Below the pieces are notes generated by a model. It had not been told where the DNA came from, did not search any database, and saw nothing but the letters and a program-made list of their open reading frames with translations. A stretch of 64,000 nucleotides of DNA. Source: Desulfobacteraceae bacterium. GTDB taxonomy: Bacteria > Desulfobacterota > Desulfobacteria > Desulfobacterales > Desulfatirhabdiaceae. A program made the position numbers and the translations under genes. Where the stretch lies: the NCBI GenBank assembly GCA_037439445.1, contig JBBIWB010000011.1, positions 6,671-70,670 on the forward strand. Direction: 5' to 3'. Every line of letters begins with the position of its first letter. Within the stretch, counting starts at the first letter, position 1. Positions 1-10,700 of the stretch are shown in pieces.

Positions 1-58
1 TGGGTTTTCTGAACAGATGCCTGAGTGTCATGGCAAATCCTGAGAAAAGTCCGTTCAT
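1..58 (-). CDS. nuoI: NADH-quinone oxidoreductase subunit I, N-terminal fragment (continues off the window)
   Basis: A minus-strand ATG at 58 opens MNGLFSGFAMTLRHLFRKP and the frame stays open to position 1. It lies directly downstream of nuoH, and the N-terminus resembles NuoI proteins. Only 19 codons are visible. Confidence 0.5.
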   Translation of the reverse strand, partial: MNGLFSGFAMTLRHLFRKP

Positions 59-104
59 TCCTTCAGTTAACGACTTATAAAATGGTATATTCATGAAATT
101 AGAT

Positions 105-1097
105 TTACGACAGACTCAACATGATTATGCCTGTAACAACGATATTTAAAAGGGCAAGAGGAATAAGAAACTTCCAGCATATTGCCATCAGATGATCGGG
201 CCTGAAGCGAGGAAGTGTCCCCCTTATCCAGATCATCACAAAGACAACGGCAGCAATCTTTAATATAAGCCATAAAACCCCTGAAAAGAAAGGCCCGTGC
301 CAGCCGCCAAGAAAAAAAACTGCTGTAAGAGACCCAAGGGCAACCAGAGTAACATATTCACCCAGGAAGAAGATTCCGAATCTAAGCCCGCTGTATTCGG
401 TGTGGTATCCTGCAATGAGTTCGTTTTCAGCTTCAGGAAGATCAAAAGGTATTCGTTTTATTTCAGCCATTGAACTTACGAAAAAAATTATGAAACCAAT
501 AGGCTGAACAAGAATGAAGGGATAATCTGACTGGGCTGAAACAATGTCAACAAGACTTAAAGAGCCTGCAAGCATCACAACAGGGACAAGTGAGAGTCCA
601 AGAGGAAGTTCATAGCTTATCACCTGGGCAGCACCTCTTACAGCGCCTAGCAGGCTGTATTTTGAGCCTGATGCCCATCCGCCGAGTGCTACCCCGTAAA
701 CCCCAAGAGAAGACAGCCCTAATGCTGCCAGAAGTCCTACATTGAGATCTGTAATGACCATGGGGATTTCATTTCCCCAGACTGTTAAGCTGTCTCCAAA
801 AGGCACAACCGCGAAGATCAGCATTGCAGTTGCAGCGCCTGCTGCAGGAGCATAGCAAAATATGATTCTGTCTGCCCCAGCCGGGATAATATCTTCTTTT
901 GTCAACATCTTGACAAGGTCTGCCATAGGCTGAAGAAGGCCAAGAAGGCCTGCCCGGTTTGGACCGATTCTGATCTGAAGCCTTGCCAGCAGCTTTCTTT
1001 CAGCAAGCACAAGATAGGCTGCACCAAGAAGAAGTGCAATCATCACAATCCCAAGTTTTATGACAAGCAGAAGAAAACCTGCAAGCCAGTCAATCAT
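105..1097 (-). CDS. nuoH: NADH-quinone oxidoreductase subunit H
   Basis: 330-aa polytopic membrane protein with the NuoH/ND1 signature AERKLLARLQIRIGPNRAG and LGEYVTLV. It sits in nuo operon order. Confidence 0.95.
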   Translation of the reverse strand: MIDWLAGFLLLVIKLGIVMIALLLGAAYLVLAERKLLARLQIRIGPNRAGLLGLLQPMADLVKMLTKEDIIPAGADRIIFCYAPAAGAATAMLIFAVVPFGDSLTVWGNEIPMVITDLNVGLLAALGLSSLGVYGVALGGWASGSKYSLLGAVRGAAQVISYELPLGLSLVPVVMLAGSLSLVDIVSAQSDYPFILVQPIGFIIFFVSSMAEIKRIPFDLPEAENELIAGYHTEYSGLRFGIFFLGEYVTLVALGSLTAVFFLGGWHGPFFSGVLWLILKIAAVVFVMIWIRGTLPRFRPDHLMAICWKFLIPLALLNIVVTGIIMLSLS

Positions 1098-1123
1098 AAT
1101 TCAAATCTCCAAATAGCAACTAA

Positions 1124-3067
1124 TCAGATGTTTTGGCTGTTGGTCCTTGTCATTGCTTTTTCAAGTTCATGAATTATCTCCCATGCGGCTTTAGCTCCCG
1201 AGCCAGGAATGTCTTTTCTGAATTCCCTTGGTGGATGCTTTCCACAACTAACCTGAGATAGAGGCGTACCAGCCTGGTAAGAAGGACATGTTTTCTGAAG
1301 CCTTCCTTCCTGATTAATGAAGCTTGAGCCTGTTTCAAAATGTGTCAGAGTTGGCACTACTATATTAGCCATTTCAAGGATGTAACCAGGCATGTAATCA
1401 AACACAACGAGAAGCTCGAGTTTTTTCAGGGCATTTTTTACAAGTTCCTGGTCTGAGAAATCATATGGAAAACTCGACTCAATTAGAATAAGAGCTTTTA
1501 TTTCTCCTTTATCAATTCTTTCAAGGATTTCTGTAAAAGGCATGCTTCCTTTTGCAGCAAGGGCTGCTCCGAATGAATTGGCACCCTGCATCAGATAGAA
1601 AAGACCGGCTTTTTTCCCTGCCGCTTTGAGAAGTACTGCAATATCTGCTGTTAGATTTACGGTAGACAAACCTGTAATTTCAGTTCCACATATTATTGCA
1701 GGATGGAGGCTTTTTTTGATACGCTCTCCTGTGGCTTCAAATTCGTTATTCTCTGTTATGTTTTTTATGAGTCCATGCAATGAAGAATCGATATTATGGG
1801 GTGTCTGTGACAAGTGCTCGAATTTAAATGGAAGAACAACAGGACGCGGGTCAAGTATTACAATCTTTGCCCCTCTTCGGTTTGCCTGGCGCATGGCAAG
1901 GGCAAGCATTGGGGCTTCATTTACAGGGTCAGCACCTGTTGCAAGGATGAAATCCGCATTTTCAACATCCTTCAGCGAAATTGCAATATCCTTTTTGAGC
2001 CTTTCCACAGCAGCAGTTATTTTAGACTGCTGGAAACGATCCATGAAGAAGCCAGGGTTTTGCCAGTTCATGTTTCTGCTGATGGCTTTAAGGCTGTCAT
2101 GGGTTTCTACGCTGGCGTTAGTCGATGTCATGCAGACTATAGCCTTTGAACCGTATTTTTTTGAGATATCCAAAAGCTTTGATGAAGCATACTTAAGTGC
2201 ATCATCAAAGGTAGAACTAGTTGTGCCTATTCTTACATTTCGCGGTCTTTCAGGATTATTTGCAAAAGAAAACCCGAATCTGCCCCTGTCGCATATGAAA
2301 TAGCCATTAACATCCCGGTTATGCCTTGCCTCAATTCTGATAATTTCCCTGTATCTGGAGCTTACCACCGTGTTGCAACCCAGAGAACACATGATGCAGA
2401 TGGATGGGGCTCTTTCTAGATCCCATCTCCTTGCCTTGAAGCGGGCCTTTTTGTCCGTAAGAACCCCTGTAGGACATAGATCTATGAGATTGCCTGAAAA
2501 AGGGCTCTGGAGACTTCCATCGGAAAATCTTCCAAAATAAGTCCTGTTTGCAATTCCCATGGCACCAAAGTCATTGTAGCCGCTGTATTCCTGATAAAAG
2601 CGACGGCAGCGATAGCAGTGGATGCATCGGTTCATTTCGTGTTGGATAAACTCTCCAAGATACTGATCCCTGAAGGTGCGTTTTTTCCATGAATAGCGTC
2701 GCATGACATGTCCTGATGATGCAGTTTGATCCTGAAGAAGGCAATGTCCTCCTTCATCACAAACAGGGCAGTCATGTGGGTGATTCAGCATAAGGAGTTC
2801 TATCACATGACGCCTGAATTCAACTGCTTCATGGTCTGTGGTGGAAACCACCATAGAGTTTTTGGCCTCAACCATGCAGCTCATATGCAAGCCTTGAACA
2901 GGGCCGTCCAGAAACTTAACCGCGCACATTCTGCATGCCCCTGCTGAACCCAGTGCAGGATGATAGCAGAAGCGTGGTATCATGATCCCGGCCTTTTCTG
3001 CTGCATCAATCACCATGGTGCCATTGGTGACTTCAATTTTTCGATCATCTATGATCAGTGTCGGCAT
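1124..3067 (-). CDS. nuoG: NADH-quinone oxidoreductase subunit G (short form)
   Basis: N-terminal 2Fe-2S ferredoxin fold (CRMCAV). His/Cys cluster HPHDCPVCDEGGHCLLQD and 4Fe-4S motif CIHCYRCRRF. Molybdopterin-oxidoreductase-like C-terminal part. Confidence 0.9.
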   Translation of the reverse strand: MPTLIIDDRKIEVTNGTMVIDAAEKAGIMIPRFCYHPALGSAGACRMCAVKFLDGPVQGLHMSCMVEAKNSMVVSTTDHEAVEFRRHVIELLMLNHPHDCPVCDEGGHCLLQDQTASSGHVMRRYSWKKRTFRDQYLGEFIQHEMNRCIHCYRCRRFYQEYSGYNDFGAMGIANRTYFGRFSDGSLQSPFSGNLIDLCPTGVLTDKKARFKARRWDLERAPSICIMCSLGCNTVVSSRYREIIRIEARHNRDVNGYFICDRGRFGFSFANNPERPRNVRIGTTSSTFDDALKYASSKLLDISKKYGSKAIVCMTSTNASVETHDSLKAISRNMNWQNPGFFMDRFQQSKITAAVERLKKDIAISLKDVENADFILATGADPVNEAPMLALAMRQANRRGAKIVILDPRPVVLPFKFEHLSQTPHNIDSSLHGLIKNITENNEFEATGERIKKSLHPAIICGTEITGLSTVNLTADIAVLLKAAGKKAGLFYLMQGANSFGAALAAKGSMPFTEILERIDKGEIKALILIESSFPYDFSDQELVKNALKKLELLVVFDYMPGYILEMANIVVPTLTHFETGSSFINQEGRLQKTCPSYQAGTPLSQVSCGKHPPREFRKDIPGSGAKAAWEIIHELEKAMTRTNSQNI

Positions 3068-3086
3068 TAAAATCTCCGGTATAAGG

Positions 3087-4370
3087 TCACGATAGCATGT
3101 CCTTCTGAATGAACGGACATTTTCGCTGGCTTATGTGTTCACGCACCTCATCTTCAAAATAGGTCAAGAGACTCTCCACTGGTGCCGCTGCACCTGGAGC
3201 AAGGGCGCAGTAGGAATTGGAAATAAATTTACTCATCCGTTGAAGCCATGAAATGTGTTCTTCCTTTCCTTCACCGTTTTCTATGCGAAAGAGTATGTCT
3301 CTTATGAACGGGATTCCCTCCCTGCATGGAGTACACCAGCCGCAGGATTCTCTGGCAAAAAAGTCTATCATGTTAAGGGTTGCACCCACAAGACATGTCT
3401 TTTGATCAAAGACTATCACGGAGCCTGTTCCAAGGCGATGTCCAGCCCTTTTCAAGGATTCAAAATCCATCTCTATGTCATACAAGTCCTTTGGAAGAAA
3501 GCGGGTGGATGCTCCTCCAGGAAGACATGTCTTGTATTGATATCCTGGAGGAAGCCCCCCTGCATGATCTTCAATGATTTCACTGAGCCTTGTTCCCATT
3601 GGAAGTTCAAAACATCCTGGATTTTTTACCCTGCCACTTACACAGTATAGCTTTGTACCTGCTCCGGTTGAAGTCCTTGAAAGGCTCTTGAACCAGTCAT
3701 GACCATTTCTGATTATATGTGGAACACAGGCAAGAGTTTCAACATTATGGGTCACAGTAGGAAGATTCCAGAGACCTTTTTCTGTTGCATATGGCGGAGG
3801 CTGGATTGGATTTGCCCTTTTCCCCTGTATAGCATTTATCTGGGCAGTATTTTCTCCGCATATGTATCGCCCTGCGCTTCTGTGAATAGTTATTTCCATT
3901 GAAAATGAGCTTCCAAGGATATTTTTTCCTAAAAAACCTGCCTGCCTTGCGTTTGAAACTTCTCTTTCCAGTATCCTTGCAGCATTTTCATAAGATGATC
4001 TTATGAAAATGATTCCTCTTTCGGCAAACACAGAGTATCCCGCAATTATCATTCCTTCTATAATCTGGTGGGGATCTGCATGAATAAGAACCCTGTCCTT
4101 GAAAGTACCTGGCTCCATTTCATCAGCATTGCAGACAATGAATCTCGGAAAAGGCGCATTATCTGCCACAGTCATCCATTTTTTCCCTGCCGGGAAACCA
4201 GCACCTCCTCTTCCCAGAAGCAGCGCATCCAGGGCAATGCTCCTTATCTCTGAACCTGAATATTTCTTAAGCGCTTTTTCCAGGGCTTCATAACCCCCGC
4301 TTTTGCAATATTCTTCAAGGGTTGCGATGCGCTCAGGATGCCTGTTTTTAAATAGGACTTGCATGGTCAT
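3087..4370 (-). CDS. nuoF: NADH-quinone oxidoreductase subunit F (FMN/NADH-binding)
   Basis: Motifs GRGGAGFPAGKKW and ESCGWCTPCREG typical of NuoF/51-kDa subunits. Confidence 0.95.
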   Translation of the reverse strand: MTMQVLFKNRHPERIATLEEYCKSGGYEALEKALKKYSGSEIRSIALDALLLGRGGAGFPAGKKWMTVADNAPFPRFIVCNADEMEPGTFKDRVLIHADPHQIIEGMIIAGYSVFAERGIIFIRSSYENAARILEREVSNARQAGFLGKNILGSSFSMEITIHRSAGRYICGENTAQINAIQGKRANPIQPPPYATEKGLWNLPTVTHNVETLACVPHIIRNGHDWFKSLSRTSTGAGTKLYCVSGRVKNPGCFELPMGTRLSEIIEDHAGGLPPGYQYKTCLPGGASTRFLPKDLYDIEMDFESLKRAGHRLGTGSVIVFDQKTCLVGATLNMIDFFARESCGWCTPCREGIPFIRDILFRIENGEGKEEHISWLQRMSKFISNSYCALAPGAAAPVESLLTYFEDEVREHISQRKCPFIQKDMLS

Positions 4371-4373
4371 TGA

Positions 4374-4838
4374 TTAGTCCAGATTTTTAAGAATATCATC
4401 GATCTTCTCTGGGGACAGCCTTCCATAAACCCTGCGATTTATCATCATGGCCGGAGAGCGGTCGCAATAGCCTATGCAGCAGGTAGGAAGAAGAGTAAAA
4501 CGACCATCATGAGATGTCTGGCCGTAATCGATGTTCAGTTTTCTTCGGATATGATCAAGTACACTGCCATATTCATTCATCCAGCACACGACTCCGTCAC
4601 AAACATGTATGACATATTTTCCAACAGGTTTTCTGTATATGAATTCATAGAAAGTTGCTATTTCTTCTATTTCAAGATGGCTCATCTCAAAAAGCATGGA
4701 GACTTCAGCCAGAAGTTCATCACTTAAATACCCGTATCTGTCCTGGAGAGAAAATATGGTATCAACTATCTGCTCCCGCGGATGGTCTGAAGCAGATATC
4801 CTGTTTTCTAAAAAATGCCTAAAGTCTTCTTCTATCAT
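4374..4838 (-). CDS. nuoE: NADH-quinone oxidoreductase subunit E (2Fe-2S)
   Basis: 154 aa with the thioredoxin-like 2Fe-2S pattern (VCDGVVC ... CCIGYCDRSPAMMIN). Located between nuoBCD and nuoF. Confidence 0.9.
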   Translation of the reverse strand: MIEEDFRHFLENRISASDHPREQIVDTIFSLQDRYGYLSDELLAEVSMLFEMSHLEIEEIATFYEFIYRKPVGKYVIHVCDGVVCWMNEYGSVLDHIRRKLNIDYGQTSHDGRFTLLPTCCIGYCDRSPAMMINRRVYGRLSPEKIDDILKNLD

Positions 4839-4852
4839 ATTTTCCTTTTTTC

Positions 4853-7252
4853 TCAGCGATCAATATCAGGCAGCAAATAATCCACAGAACCAATTATAGC
4901 AATGAAGTCAGAAATGGAATGACCTCTTGCCATAACCGGTATTGTCTGGACATTGGCAAAGGCAGGAGCTCGTATCCGCATTCTGTAAGCACTTCCAAGT
5001 CCGTCGCTTACAACATAATAGCCTTGATCCCCTCGGGGTGATTCTGCCGCAGCGTATGCTTCCCCTTTTGGGATTTTAGGGCCTCTTGCAGTATTGACAA
5101 AATGATGAATAAGGGTTTCTATGTTTTTTAGTGTTTCATCCTTGCGGGGTATGCTGAAGCGACAGTCCTGACTCATATATTCTCCGCCAGGCATATTCTC
5201 GCTAGCCTGCCTTATGATCCTCAAGCTTTGCCGCATTTCTTCAACGCGTACAAGATAGCGTGCGTAACAGTCTCCTTCGTCTGAAACAGGGATATCAAAA
5301 TCAAAATTCTCATATCCGGAATAAGGGAATTTCTTTCGCAGATCCCAGTCCATGCCGCTTGCTCTTAGCATAGGGCCTGTTACTCCCCATTCTATGGCAT
5401 CCTTGAGGGAAAGGCACCCTACTCCAAGAGTGCGTGCCTTGAAAATGGGATTTTTAGTGGTGAGAGTCTCATATTCCTTCAGACGACAAGGAAATATTCT
5501 TATGAAATCATCCACAGCTTCTTTCCAGCCATCAGGAAAGTCAGAGGCAACACCGCCTATTCTGAACCAGGAAGGATGAAGTCTTCCTCCTGTTATAAGT
5601 TCAACTATGTCCATGATCTGCTCCCTTTCCCTGAAAGTATAGAAAGTAGGAGTCATGGCCCCTAAATCATGGGCAAAAGTTCCAAACCAGACAAGATGAT
5701 TATTCAGCCTGAACAGCTCGCTCAGCATAATCCTCATGAACTTTGCCCTGTCCGGGACCTTTATGCCGGCAAGTGTTTCAACAGCCAGAAGATATGAAAG
5801 GTTGTTTGCAGTCCCGTTCATGTAATCGACACGGTCAGTATATGGTATGAACTGATGCCAGGACTGACGCTCTCCAATTTTTTCAACCCCCCTGTGGTGA
5901 TAGCCTATATCCATTTCTATATTTGATATTTGTTCTCCGTTTAGAGCCACTACAAAACGCATCAGGCCATGGGTGCTTATGTGATGGGGGCCAATATTCA
6001 GGAGAAGTCTTTTTTCCCCGTCATTATCATGAAGATAGACCCCTGCATCAAGTGGCTGATAACGTCTGGCATCTTCTGCGGTGTAAGGGGGCATCTGAGT
6101 GGCACGGCCCTGATATGTTTTGAGAAGTGGGTGACCTTCCCAGTCATGAGGCATTAAGAGGCGTTTTAAGTTCGGATGTCCCCTGAAACCAATCCCAAAC
6201 ATGTCATGTACTTCACGTTCGTACCAGTTGGCATTTGGCCAGAGCTTTGAAATACTTTCGATTTCTGGCTTAAAGCCATTAAGGGGGGCTTTGATGCGAA
6301 TCCTTCTCGGGCCATCAAAAGAAAGAAGATGATATACAAGTGTAAAATCAGAATAAAGACTTTTTTCTGTTCTTGCCGATTCATCCACTGCAGTAATGTC
6401 TTCAAGGCGTAAAAATCTAGGCGAAGCCTCATTTTTTAAAAATCTCAGGATTTCATGACTTTGCTCAGGATTTACCACTAAACTCATCATGTCTGAAGTT
6501 GCCCCTTCAGTCTTTACAGCATTTCCGAATCTTTCCAGCATCTGGCCATGAAGCGAGAGATCGCTTGATCTAAGCTCAATTCTTTGAGCAGGCGCAGTCC
6601 ACATCAATTCCGTACGGTTTTCAAAGAAGAAAGGAGGGGTTGCTGCAGTTCCCCGTACTGGGATTCCTTCAAAGCCCGGACCTCTTGGGTCACGGCTTTT
6701 GCTTATACCATCTACAAGAACAGGTTTCTGTGTTCCCTGGCTTCCTCCTTCAATATTCAGGACAGAGAGGGCCGGGCTTTCTTCTCTTCTGATTTTTTCC
6801 TGAAGAAGCGTAAGGGCTGAAAGCACTGCTTCAGGTCGCGGGGGACATCCCGGAATGTAGATGTCTACTGGAAGTATCTGGTTAACTCCCTGGACAACGC
6901 TGTAAACATCGTACATACCTCCTGAATTAGCGCATGAGCCCATTGAAATAACCCACTTCGGCTCAGCCATCTGCTCGTAAAGACGAAGGACAACAGGGGC
7001 AATTTTTTTAAAAAGAGTGCCTGAAATTATGAGAAGATCTGCCTGTCGCGGAGACCCCCGCATCACTTCTGCGCCGAATCTGGACATGTCATAACGTGAC
7101 GTCAATGCCGCTGCTTCTTCTACAAAACAGCAGGAAAGCCCGAAAAACATGGGCCACAGGCTATACTGCCTTGACCAGTTTATGAGGGCATCCAATCTGG
7201 TTAAGAGGAAGTTGTGTTGCTGCAGGATTCTTCCGATTCTTTTGACTGCCAA
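4853..7252 (-). CDS. nuoBCD: Fused NADH-quinone oxidoreductase subunits B, C and D
   Basis: One 799-aa ORF. The NuoB part carries [18 protein letters not shown] and IPGCPPRPE. The NuoC part carries [25 protein letters not shown]. The NuoD part carries [23 protein letters not shown] and a C-terminal LLPDIDR. Confidence 0.9.
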   Translation of the reverse strand: MAVKRIGRILQQHNFLLTRLDALINWSRQYSLWPMFFGLSCCFVEEAAALTSRYDMSRFGAEVMRGSPRQADLLIISGTLFKKIAPVVLRLYEQMAEPKWVISMGSCANSGGMYDVYSVVQGVNQILPVDIYIPGCPPRPEAVLSALTLLQEKIRREESPALSVLNIEGGSQGTQKPVLVDGISKSRDPRGPGFEGIPVRGTAATPPFFFENRTELMWTAPAQRIELRSSDLSLHGQMLERFGNAVKTEGATSDMMSLVVNPEQSHEILRFLKNEASPRFLRLEDITAVDESARTEKSLYSDFTLVYHLLSFDGPRRIRIKAPLNGFKPEIESISKLWPNANWYEREVHDMFGIGFRGHPNLKRLLMPHDWEGHPLLKTYQGRATQMPPYTAEDARRYQPLDAGVYLHDNDGEKRLLLNIGPHHISTHGLMRFVVALNGEQISNIEMDIGYHHRGVEKIGERQSWHQFIPYTDRVDYMNGTANNLSYLLAVETLAGIKVPDRAKFMRIMLSELFRLNNHLVWFGTFAHDLGAMTPTFYTFREREQIMDIVELITGGRLHPSWFRIGGVASDFPDGWKEAVDDFIRIFPCRLKEYETLTTKNPIFKARTLGVGCLSLKDAIEWGVTGPMLRASGMDWDLRKKFPYSGYENFDFDIPVSDEGDCYARYLVRVEEMRQSLRIIRQASENMPGGEYMSQDCRFSIPRKDETLKNIETLIHHFVNTARGPKIPKGEAYAAAESPRGDQGYYVVSDGLGSAYRMRIRAPAFANVQTIPVMARGHSISDFIAIIGSVDYLLPDIDR

Positions 7253-7635
7253 TTGAGCCCACCTTTTTTCCAGACGTAGAAAAGTCCAAACAGAAGAAGT
7301 AATATGAAAAAAGTCATCTGAATCCAGCCAACCCAGCCAAGTCTGTAGAAAGAAACTGCCCAGGAAAAAATAAAGGCGGCCTCGACATCGAATATAAGAA
7401 AAAAGATTGCAACCAAATAGAAAGGCGCAGGTGAAAGGATTTGTGCAATTCCCGTAGGTGTGATCCCACTTTCATACTGAAGAAGTTTTTCACGGTGTAA
7501 AATTTTCCTGCCTAGAAACGAGCACAGAAAAAGAAGTATGGCAATAAGACCAATTACCATGATGCTGTATATCATCAGGGCAAGCAGGCCCGGTTCCCAT
7601 GGTGATAATGCTGCTGAAATATCTGTTCTTTGCAT
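7201..7635 (-). CDS. nuoA: NADH-quinone oxidoreductase subunit A
   Basis: Three-TM small protein with YESGITPTG and [12 protein letters not shown] motifs. Its 3' end overlaps the annotated nuoBCD start by 52 nt. Confidence 0.9.
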   Translation of the reverse strand: MQRTDISAALSPWEPGLLALMIYSIMVIGLIAILLFLCSFLGRKILHREKLLQYESGITPTGIAQILSPAPFYLVAIFFLIFDVEAAFIFSWAVSFYRLGWVGWIQMTFFILLLLFGLFYVWKKGGLNWQSKESEESCSNTTSS

Positions 7636-7708
7636 TTATTACTGTTTATCAGAACAGGAAAGAGAATTTCAATAGATTTTTCAGCGATTGGGATGATAAC
7701 GAAAAAAT

Positions 7709-10700
7709 TTATAAAGTCAGAAGCCATACCCTCAGAAGCTCGCTGACTCCCCATGCCTGGGCATCGCAACCCCTTGGTGTGTGTGGATAATCACCGTCAA
7801 GGATTTCAGGAACGTGGTTAATACAGCCGCTTTGAATCAGGTTTATGCTACTGTAAAGAATAGCCCTTGCAGCATCTTTTCCGTCTTTACCATAACATTT
7901 CATCCAGGCTTCGCAGTAGGAAGGAAAAAGCCATGTCCAGGCGGTCCCGTTGTGGTAGGCTGGTTTTCTTCTTGTGTCTTCGTCTCCTGTATATTTGCCC
8001 TGATATGGGTGATAAGGGTCATTTACGAGCTGTCCGCTATGTCTGATTTCAAGGGGGTGTTTGAGTGGCCTGTCTGCAAGGCTTCTTATAGCGCCTGGAA
8101 CTAGAAGTTCTTCACATGCCTTAAGTATTTTTTGCGAACTGCCTTTGTTTGAAATGAGCCCCATGGTTATTGCAAGGAGTTGGTTAGGTCTTAGGGCATC
8201 ATCTTTTTGAGCCATTCTTGCAGAAATCCCTGGTGCGGCATGCAGGCAATCTGAAAGAAACCCTTCTTCCTTAAGAAAAAAAAGCTCCATTACAGAACTC
8301 CTTACTTTCTCGGATAGTTTTTTCCATTTTTCAGTTTTTGCCTTATTGTCGTAACATGCTAAAAATGTCAGAGCTGAAAACCATAGTGCCTGTATCTCAA
8401 CAGGATAGCCTTCCCTGGGGGTTCCTGCAGGATGATTGGTGTCCATCCAGGTATAATGAGCAGGGCTGAAAACAAGACCTGACTCAGAATCCAAGCAAAT
8501 ACCGTTTATTGTTCCAGAAAGATAGGACTCCCCTATTGAAACTAGGACTTCAAGAAGAGTTCTGTTACCGCAGGGTTGGTTTAAAAACCCTTCATGTCCT
8601 TCTGCATTTATCAGATCTCTGCATGCTGCAAAAAACCATAACTGCGCGTCAGAAGTGTCTCTATTGCCGGCATCATAACCGTTTATCATGTTGGGAAGGG
8701 TTCCCTGTTGCTCAAACTGGCCAAATTGTATGAGCACATCTTTTGCATCCTGGTAAAAACCGGCAGCAATCATGCCACGGACAACTATGAGGGCATCTCT
8801 GCCCCAGTCCAGAAACCAGGGATAACCCGCAATAACTGATTTTAACCCCCCCCTTTTTACTATGTATTGTTTAAGAGTGTTTTTTAGTATTTCTGTAAAT
8901 GAACGTGAGGAAGGATTGTCGAAAAAACCAGTTATATTTTTTGGCGCTGTATTTATGCTTGTCCTGAAGGCCGTATCTGAAGATGTTATCTGAGCGCTGA
9001 GCCCTGCTTTTTGTCCTCCTTTTAAAGGAATGGAAAAATATCCAGGGCTGAAAAGATCAGAATCCGGGTCAAGCCCTCTTGCTGCCTCAACTGGACGATG
9101 AGTCATGTACTGCCACTGTGGTTCAGTATGATAATTACCTCCTGAAAGTCTTATTTCCAGTTTATGGTATGGATCAGGCTGAAAGACAAAACCTTCTGAG
9201 GTTGCAGCAGTACTTTTATGAAAGATATTTTCAGGCCCTAGATAGGCTTTGGTGGTTTCATGAAAGCTTCTGTTTTCAATGTCTGGTCTCAGTATAAGCT
9301 GAATAGGTTTACTGTCAGGAAGAAAAGATGGTTCACTGTCTTTAGGGTACCTGAAGAAAGTCATCTGAAGAAGGTTTTCATTTGGATCTATCTTCATCCC
9401 GATTACAATGAAAACATATTCGCCCTGACCCATCGGGACACAAAACCGCCACAGTCCCCAGCCTTCGTCATCTATTCCGAAGGCATCGAAACAATCCATG
9501 CATATTTCAGTTGAATAACCCTGAAAAAGCCCCCATGCCCTGAAGCGCGACAGCATGATCCAGCGATTTTCAGGGATGGCCGGATTTAAATTTGCCGCAA
9601 GAAGTGCATCATACCGGCTGTACAGATTGCCCCAGTCAATGGGGGCACGCAGAACTGCTCCTCTGCTGTTGGCTGATAAAAAAAGCGTCTGCTTACCTGC
9701 AACCTGCGATCTGTGGAAGAGCTGCTTTATTTGTGGATCTTCACCAGGGGCAGATAAATACAGCAGATGGGAATCGACGTGATGACATTTTTCGGGCATA
9801 TAAACCGAGAGCTTTAAAATGATGGAGCATGGACAGATCGAGGATGGCAGGGGGGTAAATAATGCAAAATGGCTATTGTCCGGCCCGGCAAAACTCTGTT
9901 CCTGGTTAAAGGTTCTGTTGCCGTCTGTGATTTTTGCCCTGAAAGATTTTTTTGCCTTTACAAGCAGAAAATGTCCAGGGGGAACTATAACATGGCGTTT
10001 TGAATCATTCGGCCATTGCCAGGTGACAACTCTTGGGGATTCACTGCCTGAAGGATTAAGCATTTTGCAGCAAGCAACAGGGTCGGAGGCCAAAAGCCTT
10101 GCTGCCTTGTCAATATCTATCAGTCCTATATCCTTGACCCCGTTGTATGTTTGCAATATGTCGAGAACCTTGGCTTTAAGGTGCTGACTTTCTATCCTTT
10201 CAGCTAAAAGCGATGGATGTTCCAGTTCGCTGCTGAGATTCCTCAGGTCTTCATTATCTTCTGTCAAACAAAAGACCTGCCCTGGAGCAAGTCTTAAAAA
10301 ATGGCTTTCATCTGATTCTGAAAGCTGAATACTTCCACCTGTTAAGAGATCCCATAATAAAAGCTTTGAATGATGAGGTTCCCAGCAAGCTGTTACTGGA
10401 TTCAGGTCATCAAGATTGACAACTATCACAAGTTTTTTCCCTGAAGGTTCATGAAACCGGAGAAGAACAACATGGTTTCCATGCCCTTTCTGAATGAGTT
10501 TGACAGATGTCTTATCATGAAAAACAGGATGGATATTTAAAATGGCTGTAAGGCGTCTGATAAGATCGACCTGGTTGGGTTCTGATCCCCAGTTCAGGGA
10601 AGGAGATTCGTGGACATTGATTTTTTCTGTTGCAAGCCATTCCACCCCATTTGCAAACCCGAAGCCTCCATTTATCGAAAAGAGGGCACAAAGAGCAGTT

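Noticed and set aside
1626-2303. Long antisense 'shadow' ORFs inside well-supported genes. Examples are 1626..2303 (+) in nuoG, 27266..27913 (+) in aroC, 32616..33212 (+) in cooC, 22037..22456 and 22493..22921 (-) in pyrD, 48850..49416 (+) over the DsbD fusion, 54112..54651 (-) in the histidine kinase, and 57488..57901 (+) in leuA.
   Set aside because: In each case the opposite strand encodes a protein with multiple family-specific motifs. The shadow ORFs are low-complexity or Ser/Pro/Ala/Leu-rich and lack RBS sequences.
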